From Takakia lepidozioides (lineage: Eukaryota > Plantae > Bryophyta): a stretch of 64,000 nt of DNA. The position numbers and the translations under genes are program-made. The stretch spans positions 77,624,001-77,688,000 of the forward strand of contig CM060732.1 of the NCBI GenBank assembly GCA_030704615.1, read 5' to 3'. A model generated the notes under the pieces. It ran no database searches, was not told where the DNA came from, and saw nothing but the letters and a program-made list of their open reading frames with translations. This document shows, one piece after another, positions 1-11,240 of this stretch; the first letter of the stretch is position 1; the number at the start of each line of letters is the position of its first letter.

Positions 1-3000
1 GAGCTGCAAAAGAAACATCCAAGCACACTCAGGCTAGAAATTATCCATATAATGGGTTTAACAAACATACCACACTGTCCAAAAGGATACACATTTTGAA
101 GTTGGGCGCGTGAAACACCGCCAAAAGACAAACTGTGATAGGCCAACCTACTTTACTTCCAATATCTATCATCACACCACCACATAAAATGGCAACTGTC
201 TGCAGAAGATTTGCAAGCCTCCAAAAAACCTAGGAGAGAGGTGAGAGCTTACCAGGGCAGACTGCCTCAGAGCCCTTCATGATTCGGAGCCTTTTCACAG
301 TACTTATAAAATTCCTGCATGAGCCCAACACACCTCACTTAGCCTAAAAGTCCCAGGCCAGCAGCACAAGTGAGGAGCCCCCGCAGAGAGGAAAGCTCCC
401 AAGAATGCAACAGACAATCACTTCAAACTTGAAACTTGAAACTTGAAACTTAAAGTGATTCATACACATCTCAATGTGCCATGACAACAGTAAAACCAAA
501 AGGGATTCACATTTGCATGTGACTTAAAAGGGGAAGGGATGAGGATAAGACACTTACTGCCAAGGGACATCGCCCACAAGCATGAGGTCCCCATCCTGGT
601 CCTCAAAGGTGAGCACAAAGTCGGACCCCTGCAGGAAGTTGACTTTCCGGTTGTTGCTGGACAAGGTGCTGCCATTCTCTCCAACGCTTGAGCTCTGTGA
701 GCCAGCAAGCTGGCCTGCATCAACAAATCAAAAGATTCTATCAGGTCAAAGCCCAGGTCCTCTTATTATCCAGTGGACATCATCACTCACAGGAACTGTT
801 GTGAATTTGAATCAGAACGAAGAGGCATGACCAGTTGAGATGAATGCTTTAGATGCACAATGTCCCTGGTGACAGAATGAAGCAGATTTCACCTAATATG
901 CAAGTGTCAAGGCATATATATCTGCACACAAAAGGAAAATGAGAGACCAGGGCCCGGAACAAACCATTGATGGGGGGTTGAAACATGTCTTCTAGTGCCC
1001 CAGACAACTTATCATAGCTGCAGTTTTTCTTCAAGTCCACCTTCCGGCCAATAGTGATCCCATCCATGTAGACCTTCACCAACCAGGAGTTTGGTGGTTG
1101 TGAGGATGGGGTACCTCCGTTGGCAGGGACTGTAGGAGCTGAAGGGGTAACAACTGCCGGTGGTGGGGCAGGCCTTGGTTGCGTTTCCTGAGGTGCAGGC
1201 CTTGGTGGCTGCCCTGCAATTGTGTTCTTGCGGAAAGGTCGAATAGGTGGCCAACCAACTACTTGCTGAGGCCTGCACAGGCCAGAAGGGAAGAAATGAG
1301 AGGACTACACATGCACAAGCAATCCAAGACCTTTACTAGAGTAGAATCAGAGGATGGAGCGGTACCAGCTTGTACCACACAACCAACCTACCAAACTTCA
1401 TTTAATTAGTTTCCACACAGCAGAGAATGAATCATACCACAAGGACCAAGTCTAGTTGCCTCCAGCACAAGATCAACAAATCTGAACAACTATTTACCTT
1501 GGAGCTGAGGCAGGTGTGGCTTCGTTAACCACAGCCGGCCGAGCCTCAGTGGAACCATGATGGTTAGACTCAGAAGGTGTCTCATGATGGGACACATCCG
1601 CACCCACCTCTCCTGCCTTGTTTGCCAGCTGGCCACGGGGGTTCCGTTGTGAGGGGAAAGGACCGCGTGCGTGCTCCAAACCAATCTGCTGCCAGGATGG
1701 TGGCTTTGGCCCCCAGGGATGCATGGCAGCCGGAGGTGTCCCTGGCTGATGCTTCACTTGTTGAGATGTCACTGGTACAGGCGCAGCCTCATCCCCCATG
1801 TTCCCGGACAGCTCTTCTCGAGAAGCCCCAGACATCCCTACCATGCCAAACCCATTTACACCGTCATTGAAACTACCAGTTCTGGACTCAGGTGCAGGAC
1901 TACCAATAGCCTCTGAGAAGCCTCGCTTAGCCCCCGCCACTCCTCCATATTTGGGAAAAACCATCCGAGATATTGGGTATGAACCATGCCTCCCCCCTGG
2001 GTATCCACACAATTGCCCCCCTTCATGCTCTTGAGAGGACTGTGGCATGGGATGATCAGATGTGCCCATTGTCATGCAAGTTCCTGCTGAAGCTGCCTTC
2101 ATCATCTGGGATCTTTGAGCATAGTACAGCTTCTGCATAGAAAACTCCTGCAAAATGGGAAGACGATCAAGAGGCCCCAGGAGATTATCCTGGGAGAAAC
2201 GGGATGCAGGTCTCTCCAGTGGATACCTTGTCTCTGGGCCTGATTGTGACATGCGGGATGGGCCCAGACCTTGTATGGAATCATGTGGTGATACCCCAGA
2301 GGTCGGCGTTTGGGTTTGTGAGGGTGCGACAAGGCTCCCTTGAATCCCTTGCATATCCGATAGGGACCCTTCTTGCATCATCCTCTCTTGTTTCGGCCTC
2401 TCCATGCTACTGGGTTGATCTAGGAGACTTCTTTCATACAATGGGCCTCCAGCAGATCCTTCTTGTTGCAAGACCCCATTGCTATTGCTTCTTTCAGGCC
2501 ATGCCCTCTCCTTAGAACCAGAGGTTTCATGAGAGGATGCTAGGGGAATTTGCTGTTGCTGCAATTTTTCCCGCTGCAGTTGCTTATGTTCCTCCATAGA
2601 CACCCCCTCTGCCACTTCATTGCTGGGTGCCATCAGGCCAATGCCTAGCATTAAGTTTTCAGTCATGCTTGTGTGCTCCTTGGCATGCTCCCGATATTGT
2701 TTCTGCAAAGAGTCGCAGTTTATAAATGTCTGGCAAGCACCACTCGCTGTAGACACGTCAGTAGGGAGACCCCTTGCTTCGTCTGAAGGTGTGTGGACAC
2801 CACCGTATGCAGCAAACCCCCGATCCATCGCATTTCTGTACTCGACACCAAATGGACTCTTTTCAGAGCAATGTTCTGCTGAGGAACTGTTCACATAGTT
2901 ACAACCCGCATCAGTCTGTGAAGGTGGTGCACTATGATCTTGAGATGAAGCTCCTCCAGGAGTAGAGTGCCCTCCTTCCTCTACGGCATTCACAACATGA

Positions 3001-3314
3001 TCTTGCAGATTGTAACATGCTCTACTTGAGGCAATGGCCTCCTCCTGAAAGGAAGACTCAATATCTTCCTCTTTCATGTGTCTACTGTTCAGCAGAGTAG
3101 CAGGCGGGCCAAGACGCAACTCCGTGGCACCCAAGTTCAAGTTAAGCTCCACCCCCTGCACCCTCTTCCCCTTCACGAGACATCGTGAGCCCTCCACATG
3201 TCGGGGGGATGAAGAAACCTCCGAAAGCCCAATGTAGTCATGCTCCCTGAGAGTAGTTCCACTCTGGCTGCTGTTTCCTTGTGATGTAGATGAGACTTTG
3301 GCATTCACATACAT
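1..3314 (-). CDS. IAA: Aux/IAA auxin co-repressor, long bryophyte type (3' end runs off the window)
   Basis: Exons 3314-1498, 1272-965, 714-558 and 314-253 are GT-AG and phase-consistent. The next acceptor (TTTCTTTTGCAG) opens an exon at position 3. Motifs: LREHDYIGLSEVSS, LNLNL and LRLGPP (EAR-like), GAKRGFSE (KR), degron VVGWPPIRPFRKN, PB1 (VKVYMDG..GRKVDL ... FEDQDGDLMLVGDVPW ... VKRLRIMKGSEA). The ORF-track start at 3491 is TTG; the first in-frame ATG is 3314. A possible extra upstream coding exon lies at 4171-4057. Confidence 0.93.
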
Positions 3315-5459
3315 GGTGTCCGAGTTTGCATCATCAGGGCCAAATGAGTCTAAACATGTCGAGTTATGGTCACCCGAAGAGTGAGGAAGGGAGCTGTGTG
3401 TGCCATTGGCAGTCGGACTATTTTGATGAAAACCATGGTTGCAAAGTGTGTTTCCAGGACCTCCCACATTCTGGACCCCTGCATAGAACAATGGGTTGTT
3501 TAGTCACCACTGGAGAACTCAATTCGCAATTCAGAGACGTGCCTCTAGCAACATCGAAAGCACTCAACATTGGGATGGTTGAGGATGACGAGTGAGCCTC
3601 TCTCCCCTAACATTCATAAGTTGAAATTCAGATATACGGGAGATCTGCGTGGCATTCAGCTGTGACTGCACTAGAGCCTATCTCCCCAGGCTGCTCTTAC
3701 TACCTCTCTCCTCGTCCCTCTTTGTGGCCTGATATATAACCTCTCTCGTAACTCCATCCTGACGCGTGCTGCACTACTAGTACTGGCTCCCCCCTGCAGG
3801 CCTCTCCATGACGGCTTCAACAAACCCTGATCTACAAGTGCTGCACTTTATCAAATTGTGCACCAGTACAGCAGGTGAAAATGGCACATTCATTTCAGGG
3901 TGCTGTGTCAGACGTCAGCAAGCATACAGCAGCAAGGAAACCAGTAACTTTCTTGAGGAGCATCTCTCGTTTTAGCATACATTTCTTTTCGCCTCATCTA
4001 CATTTTCGAAATGGAACATCTGACAGACAAAGTAAGAAGGGACTCGAGGAGCTGACCTGTACGCATTTCAGCCTTGCAAAGATCTGTGTAGGGAAATTTG
4101 TGCTGCAGACCTCGTACACTAGATGTGCTTTTGCTGCCGTAGGAACTTGTAGGTGACTCACATCTTGACATGGTGGATGATGGATAGGCAGGAACAGGCC
4201 ATTCCCTGGCCTATTAGTTAGTGGTTAAGACATCTGGTGAAGGTAACGTCCGCTCTCGAACCTCTCATGTCGTAGAGCTGTCATTGGCACACACACACGG
4301 AGACAGCTCCTTTCAGTCACCGGAAACAAAAGATATTCCCTTTAACAGCACAAGCGAGATCATTGCACAGTTCATCACCGATTGTTCCGTACTGCAACTC
4401 GGATCGTGGGGAAACGACGGAAACCAATGTTTGTCAATTACTGTGCAAAGCTCTCAAGGCGATCAACATTGCTAGGTACTACATTTACCGGGTTGCGGAT
4501 CCTCGACACAGACTCTCATCATACTGCTACGCTGTATATGGTCACAGAGTATGGGATGAGCAAGTAACAAGTACAAGTCAAGAGTTGCTTTGATAACCGC
4601 TGGAAAGGGATTACCATCCTCAGGGTATGTAAATTGCAGCGCAGGAAACCTAACACACAGATTTCCTTACACATAGTACTAAGGCTTCTCAATTCACTCT
4701 TCAGTGAATTCCCAAATTCACATGAACAATCAGGGGCACAAAGCGGGAGACCGTGCAGCCGATGTTCTTCTTAGACTATTTTCCAGCTGTTGCATCTCAG
4801 TTGAGCAGAGAGTGTCAAATGTGACAGTTGGATCCATCCTAAATCTAACTCAAACAAGCGCATGGTCAAGGTGACAGGCATCCACCACAGATCTGCAGAG
4901 AATCCACCACGCCTGGAGACAGATAACTCGAACCACGGTGCTCGTCCCTGGAGAGCTCCTACCAACTTGCTTAAGGCCAAGAAGACGTCACCACTACCAG
5001 AGACAGTAATCTAAACGCTGTACCGATCACTGAGAGTTTGTGCAAGCGAAGGTGAAGATCCGGAGTGCAAACCTATTAATGCCATGCCTTCCAAGACAAA
5101 AATGGAACAGCTTGGCCGCTACATACAACACCACACCTCTCCACAGCCAGCAAAGAGGGCGATAGGGCTAACAAGACCGACGAGAGAGAAAGAAGTAGCA
5201 CCTTCACTTCTCCCTCCTGAACAAACCGATGGAAATGATTTGGTTTTGGCTACAGAGGTTCGCTCCGCCACCTCGAATGACATTCCAAAACCACCAACCT
5301 CTCTTCTTCCTCAATCCAACATGCAATCTCGCCCCGCACGCATCCCTCTCTCTCTCTCAAATTTCACAGAACGCAGACTTCGACACCCCTTCCACAGACC
5401 GTCTACATACCTGCTCGGCTGGCGACCGGCAGTGACCGGTGGCCGGTCACCCACTCGGA

Positions 5460-5672
5460 AATAATAACGTGCCACGCAAAGGGCACAGTGACGCGGCCTC
5501 CGATCTCGTCGCTCGATCAACCCATCGGAGGGTCCACAGCGATAATGTACAATACGCCTACCCATGGTACAATACAGGCTGCACAGGCGACAGATACGCG
5601 GTGTGGTACGATGGTAGGAGGGAACGCGGGGGACTGTCGGTTGGTGGGGCCTGAGCGCCGCGACAGCGACAG
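5460..5672 (-). promoter_or_regulatory. GC-rich proximal promoter region of the Aux/IAA gene with AuxRE-like cores
   Basis: TGTCGG at 5635-5640, repeated CGACAG cores at about 5588 and 5661-5672, and ACGTG near 5467. These lie upstream of a (GA)n leader at about 5346-5358. The motifs are short, so function is inferred only. Confidence 0.3.
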
Positions 5673-6669
5673 GCGCGCGCGTGCTCCCATTGGCACGACC
5701 GGCGGCGCGGGCCCGCCGCCTGCCACCTCGCTCGCCTCGAAATGTTCTGCCACCCCCGCTACGTCACCCCCTCCCGCAACCCCGCTTTAACCCGCGGTCA
5801 GAACCTGGGCGACGGGATGAACGTCATCTGAATGAATTCTCTTAGCCACAGCAATGGACGGAATATACCTAGTGGCGCAGAACTGGAATGGGATTCATCC
5901 ATAGCCCCACTTTTCGTACACGAAAATGAGGAACGCAACGTGTTTGTTGACGAGGACGAGCTTGTGATGGACAATTAGTTATTAGGGTTCGTAATGCAGT
6001 GACTAATTGGGCACTTGAATATCCATGATTGAGGCTCTTTTATTCGACATTATTGTGGCATTGGGCAGCATGATCAGACGGTGGGGTGAGAGCTTTCGTA
6101 AGGCCTTACTGTTTATGAGAACCGTGCTGAAAATTAGTTGGGGAAATTAAAGAGATTTTTTTCTTATTTTTTAAATACTTAAAAACAACAGTTTTTTCTT
6201 AAAAGGAGAAAGGGGAAGTTTTGAGTTTTGAGAGCTTTATTATGCTTTCCTTAATTTTATAAAAATTTCGAGTAGTGCGTTGAAATAAAAAACCATCTGG
6301 GCATTTCAATGTACATGAATGGGTTGTTGTGGAGGTTCATAAGTATGACGGTTAGGATCCTCTGCAGAGATTGGTACTGTGGCCTTTGGCATGGCGACGC
6401 TACCAATACTAGTCCTGTACCTACAAAATGAAATGAAATGACGATAAAGAGCATAAATCAACGAGCCCTTAAAGGCACCATGTGCTGGTAGAACAATGTC
6501 AAATCTCGCCTTCCATATCGCACGGGGCAAGATGTGGATGAGAAATGTTTTATCATCCATCTAAGAGGATGAATCCCACTTTCCATTCCCCAATCGGGTA
6601 AACTCATCAACCTTGAATGGAAGAGTTGTCCTATCCAGAACTCATCCATCATGATGGTTCAGAACTAAC

Positions 6670-7556
6670 CAGTGTTGTGCGGGTCCGGGTTTTGAAGGCG
6701 GGTACCCGGCGGGTTAGGATCCGGGTTACCCGGACCCGCACCCGCACCCGTGCTATCACAAAAAACCCGGACCCTAACCCAGGTTCATTTCTAAAATGAA
6801 CCCGGAACCGGACCCGGACCGTCTGCTGGATCTAGAACCTTTTAAACCTACCCGCGGGCCAATGTAGCGGGTCAGGGTCCGGGTCTTAATTTTAGATGGG
6901 CATGCGGGGTCCACCTTGGATCTGGTAGGTTTTGTCATATGTGTGGAGGGGGACCGGCGTTGTAGCCCAGTGATAATGCCCACATACCACCTCAAAAGCG
7001 GTTGTGGGTTCAATCCACGGAGTGGTGTCACAAAGTTGTGCCCTTTGGGACCATGATTTACACCTCCCAAAGGAGACATCATATATTATTATTATGCCAG
7101 ATCCCACACATCCATGCTATAGTGACCGACCCTTGAGGCATATTACTATTCTCAGCATGTTTAAAAAATTGATATTGAAAAATAGAAAATGGAATTCAAA
7201 CTTCTATTTTAATTTTTATTCATGGTATATTTTGAAGGAATGTCTCTTAAAATAAAATAATTATTAGGATTTAAAGTTTTTTCCAGCCAAAAATAATTTT
7301 ATCCCTAAATGATCTTATTTTTCTAATTTATTTAATCAATAAATTAGGACCCGGATCCGAACCCGTGAACCCGCTAATATTTCCCAACATGTACCCGGAC
7401 CCTAACCCGAGTCCGTGTTGACAACCCGGACCCGAACCGGGACCCGGATTTTCCAAATTTCACAAACCCGGATCCGGACCCGGACTTGGCTCCGAAAACA
7501 AACCCGCACCCCGACCCGGCGGGTTCCTTACAAAAGGCAGAACCCGCACAACACTG
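6670..7556. mobile_element. Non-autonomous hAT-superfamily DNA transposon (887 bp)
   Basis: Perfect 15-bp TIRs CAGTGTTGTGCGGGT (6670-6684) / ACCCGCACAACACTG (7542-7556). 8-bp TSD GAACTAAC at 6662-6669 and 7557-7564. Dense ACCCG/CCGGAC subterminal repeats and an AT-rich core with no ORF. Confidence 0.9.
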
Positions 7557-10460
7557 GAACTAACCCCACCATGCGAATACAGTTAAATTAGGTCAAGTAG
7601 CGGGGGTAACGGAAGAGGCCCACAGCAACAATAATCCCATACAGCGGATGATGCCCCATGTGATGTGCATTTAGTGCCGCACATGATGCCCTAGGGATAA
7701 GTTGATGTACCTACTCATTCATCCGAGGAAAACGCATCCAAACAACATCATAGTGTTCAATGGCTATGTCACTTCATGATGGCCCCATACGACGACCCAT
7801 GACACAGGGCATGATGTGCATGTTCAGGGGCGTGGGTGACGGCAGTAGCCTGACGGCGACGGAAAAGCTTCACGGTCGAACTGGACGCGGCGACCGCGCG
7901 GTACAGCGGCAGAGCAGCAGGCCCACGATCGCAAATCGTCCGGCCCTCCAGGAATCCTGACACCCGCTCATAACCGTGCGGTCAGTGGAAGTCAGCCACG
8001 ACAGTTGAATCCGTCTGTTCATCCCCTGTCGTAAGATCTTACTAATGAGCTGCTTTACTGGCGCACACGACTAAACAAGTCGCTAAAGGCAGTGATGAGT
8101 CAGCAGCAAAAGTACGGGGACAGAACCTTCCATATTCTTCATCCATGTATCCATGCATTCATTCAATGCGGCTGTAGTGACCTAACCTGACACCGGGGCT
8201 GGGTTACCTATCCGGGCTCGAGTCAGCAAAGATACTCTGAAGCGAAGGTTCTCGGGTTCGAACCTGCACAGTGTCAGGGAGTGAATGTCCGCCAATCTCC
8301 AAATATAGGCAGACAAGCGCTGCTTGTGTCAGCCGCTTTAACCCCGTCTGACTCCTTAGTTTCGCCAGGTTCCGCCAGGTTTCGCCGAATACGTGCCTCT
8401 GGGAAAAACATCCATTGGGCAGTTTCTCGTCCGGGAGAATCCGAAGCTCATCTATTCAATAACGTGTCATCCACAGACAGGTATTCTCATCCGGAATTGG
8501 TACGATGATTACGGTCAACTCCGACAGAAATAGCTGTGCAGCGGTACCTGCCACGATATGCACCGGCTTTTGCCGGTCGCCAGCCACGGCATGGGCCCCC
8601 GGAAGCCGGTCATGGGTGCGAGGTGACGGCTGCGTGCCGGTGGCGGAGCGCGATAGCGCAATCGCACCAAATCTGGTCGGCGATAGACTGACAGGAATGT
8701 GGGGCTGTCCCCTCGCCTGTTTTACTGTGACTGACACCCTCTTAACTCTGCTTTTGATTCACTCTCTAATTTAATCGCAGGTCCAGCTTTTTCTTTTCAT
8801 GGAATATTTTTAAGCAAATCCAAACTAATAATAATAATAATCATCATCATCATGTCAATTATAGTTTAAATAATTTAAAAAGAACATCCCCAAATGATTC
8901 CAAATAAAGTTTTAATCCGGGCCTAGGCTGTCCCCTGTTCATCGAGGAAAAAATAAGAACCCATAAAAAAACTATAAAAAAACTATTCTTAAAATTCAAA
9001 CTAAAATAATTACACATTCTATGGTTGATGTCCCAAATGTTCTGAGAGTTGGGGACATGGTTGAGGAGTTGGGCGGATTTGCTGTCGGAACAGTCACTGC
9101 AACAGATATATCCCGTCTACTTGTAGGTGGACAGTGGTCTGTTCTTGGTTGTAACGGCATCGACAAAGTGGGGATTAAGCTTATGTGTTTTGCACATCCC
9201 AATTCTGCCTGATTGCCGGCGCATGTTCAGACGAAACGGGTGTGTTTGTTAATGAGCAAAACTCTGATTATGTTGGAGAACTGTTCCGTAGGGGGATTCC
9301 AGTTGAGGGTCATCATTCCACTACTCAAAAACTTAGTATAAAAATAAATACACAAATATTCACATTACAAAGATTGTAAGATTGAAATATTTATATTTCA
9401 ATTGCGAAATTCAGTGCATTAATATACTTCTCACTAACTTCTCAATCATAAAAGATAAAAGATAAAGAAAAACTTGAAATTGCTGCCGGACTGCAATTTC
9501 TTTATTTTTGTTTTTGTTTATAAAAAAAGTACAAGGAACACTATTTCTTGGTTTATGGTACTCCCTTCTTGACTTTGCAGACAAGGAGGAGTTTGGTGAC
9601 GGGCTGCTGGTTCCTGGTGGGGCGGGGGGCCCGCCCTCCCAGCGGACCTACACCCACCTTTTCTTCGGGTCCCCAATGGGGCCCTCGGGAAGGCCTATGG
9701 GGGCATCGGCACGAATATTATTCCCGGGATGGGTGGGTCCGGAATGATAATTCCCAATTAATAACAGCACAGTCCAGACCTACCTATTATCTGTGGCTCC
9801 GGAGGGTCAACGTATTCTCTCTTTGCTGAATCATCCATCTCCGGAAAATTGAGTCCATGTTTTATTCGTCGAAAAATTCCCACCGAGGGTAAAATATTTG
9901 TCGGGTCGTGCCCGACCAAACACCGTTCTGTATTTTGTAATTATAGCGGCTTGTTGCTTACCGGGCTAAGAAAACTAATTAAAAATAAATTATATATCTC
10001 TGCTTTCCATATTTAAATTGGAATTCTCAAGTCTCAAGTATTACTACTAGGCTGGGTTAGGGTATTACCCCATCTTCTTGATGTATCCCTCATGGACCCC
10101 CTCATGGTTAATTTTTCCATGGTTTTGTTAATATGAATTAGAGGGCCTCCGTACCCTTTCTGGTAAAATAAATAAAAATAAAAACTAACTACTTGTTTAA
10201 CCACCTGAAATACTACTAACCTAATTGCATAACAATTTTAGAGATAATAAAATTTAATGACGTGTGTGACGAAGAGAGAAAAGACTCCGGCCAAAGCCAA
10301 CGCAAATAAGTGCCCTTCCATGCCCTTTTTTTTATTGCATTTCAGGGTCTCAGTCCCCATTTTTGTTTGTTTGTTTCAAGAAGTAAACAAGACCCATTGT
10401 CCCCGGAAGATATAGTTATTAATATTCGAGCAATTTAGATTAGAGTACACTATCTCTGAA

Positions 10461-10486
10461 ATATATATATATATATATATATATAT
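10461..10486. repeat. (AT)n microsatellite
   Basis: Directly visible run of about 13 AT units. Confidence 0.9.
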
Positions 10487-10489
10487 GTT

Positions 10490-11240
10490 TTTTTTATTAA
10501 AAACAGGAGACTCACAGTGGCCCTAGATTTAATTTTATTAAGATTGAAGGAAAAAAAATTAAAACCCTGATTGGCACGTGATCGCCATAAGGCCCAAACG
10601 CACGACGAGCGTGACGGATACCCCCGAAGATCAATGACGAATAGCAGAGCTAAACAAGGAAAGCATGATCTCAGAAGTGATTCCGAGAGTAAGCTCCTGA
10701 ACAAAGAACAATTCAACCTAGAGTGAGATCAAGGTTCAGATGAGGACCAGACTAATAATTACTCATATTCTGAATGACCTGGAAAGACTAAGAACTCGAT
10801 CTTGGAGAAGCAAGTGAAGAACAGAGATGGAGCGAGACTAGATCTATCAAAGATAGGAGAGCTTGGTTTTCGTGGAACTTCCTTGACGTGCTTCCAGTTG
10901 ATATCTGCCTTGTCGAATTCAGGGGAAGTGGAAGAGGAGGGTGTGCTTACCCCTCCACTGAGGGGGGATCTACCTTGGCCAGCCACATAAGTGAGGTCCT
11001 GAGCAGCTGTAGATGATGCCCCTTCTCCCCCAAGTTGAATTTGTCAAGGATAGATTGTTGACATTCTGGAGCCTTGGCGATTTCTGCATTCATCTTATTC
11101 GAAGCCAACTTAGCCGCAATGGTAAGATAAAAAAAGAGTCTTGTGAGAAGAGCAGAAGCAGTAGAGTTTAATCTTTCCAAAGACCAATTGCTTCTAGCTT
11201 TCCATAACTGCCAGAATGTGGCTCCTTGGAGAGCTTCAAA
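10490..11240 (-). mobile_element. Degenerate 3' end of an L1-type LINE
   Basis: The minus strand reads FWQLWKARSN, resembling the W..W..RN motif at L1 ORF2 C-termini, and ends in an A-rich tract next to (AT)n. The segment GATATCAACTGGAAGCAC and its flanks are shared with about 55190-55230 (+). Confidence 0.45.

Noticed and set aside
5810-8030. Larger element around the hAT, with ATGGATG/CATCCAT motifs and weak inverted ends
   Set aside because: Only about 13 bp of imperfect similarity and no TSD. The motif is scattered through the window.
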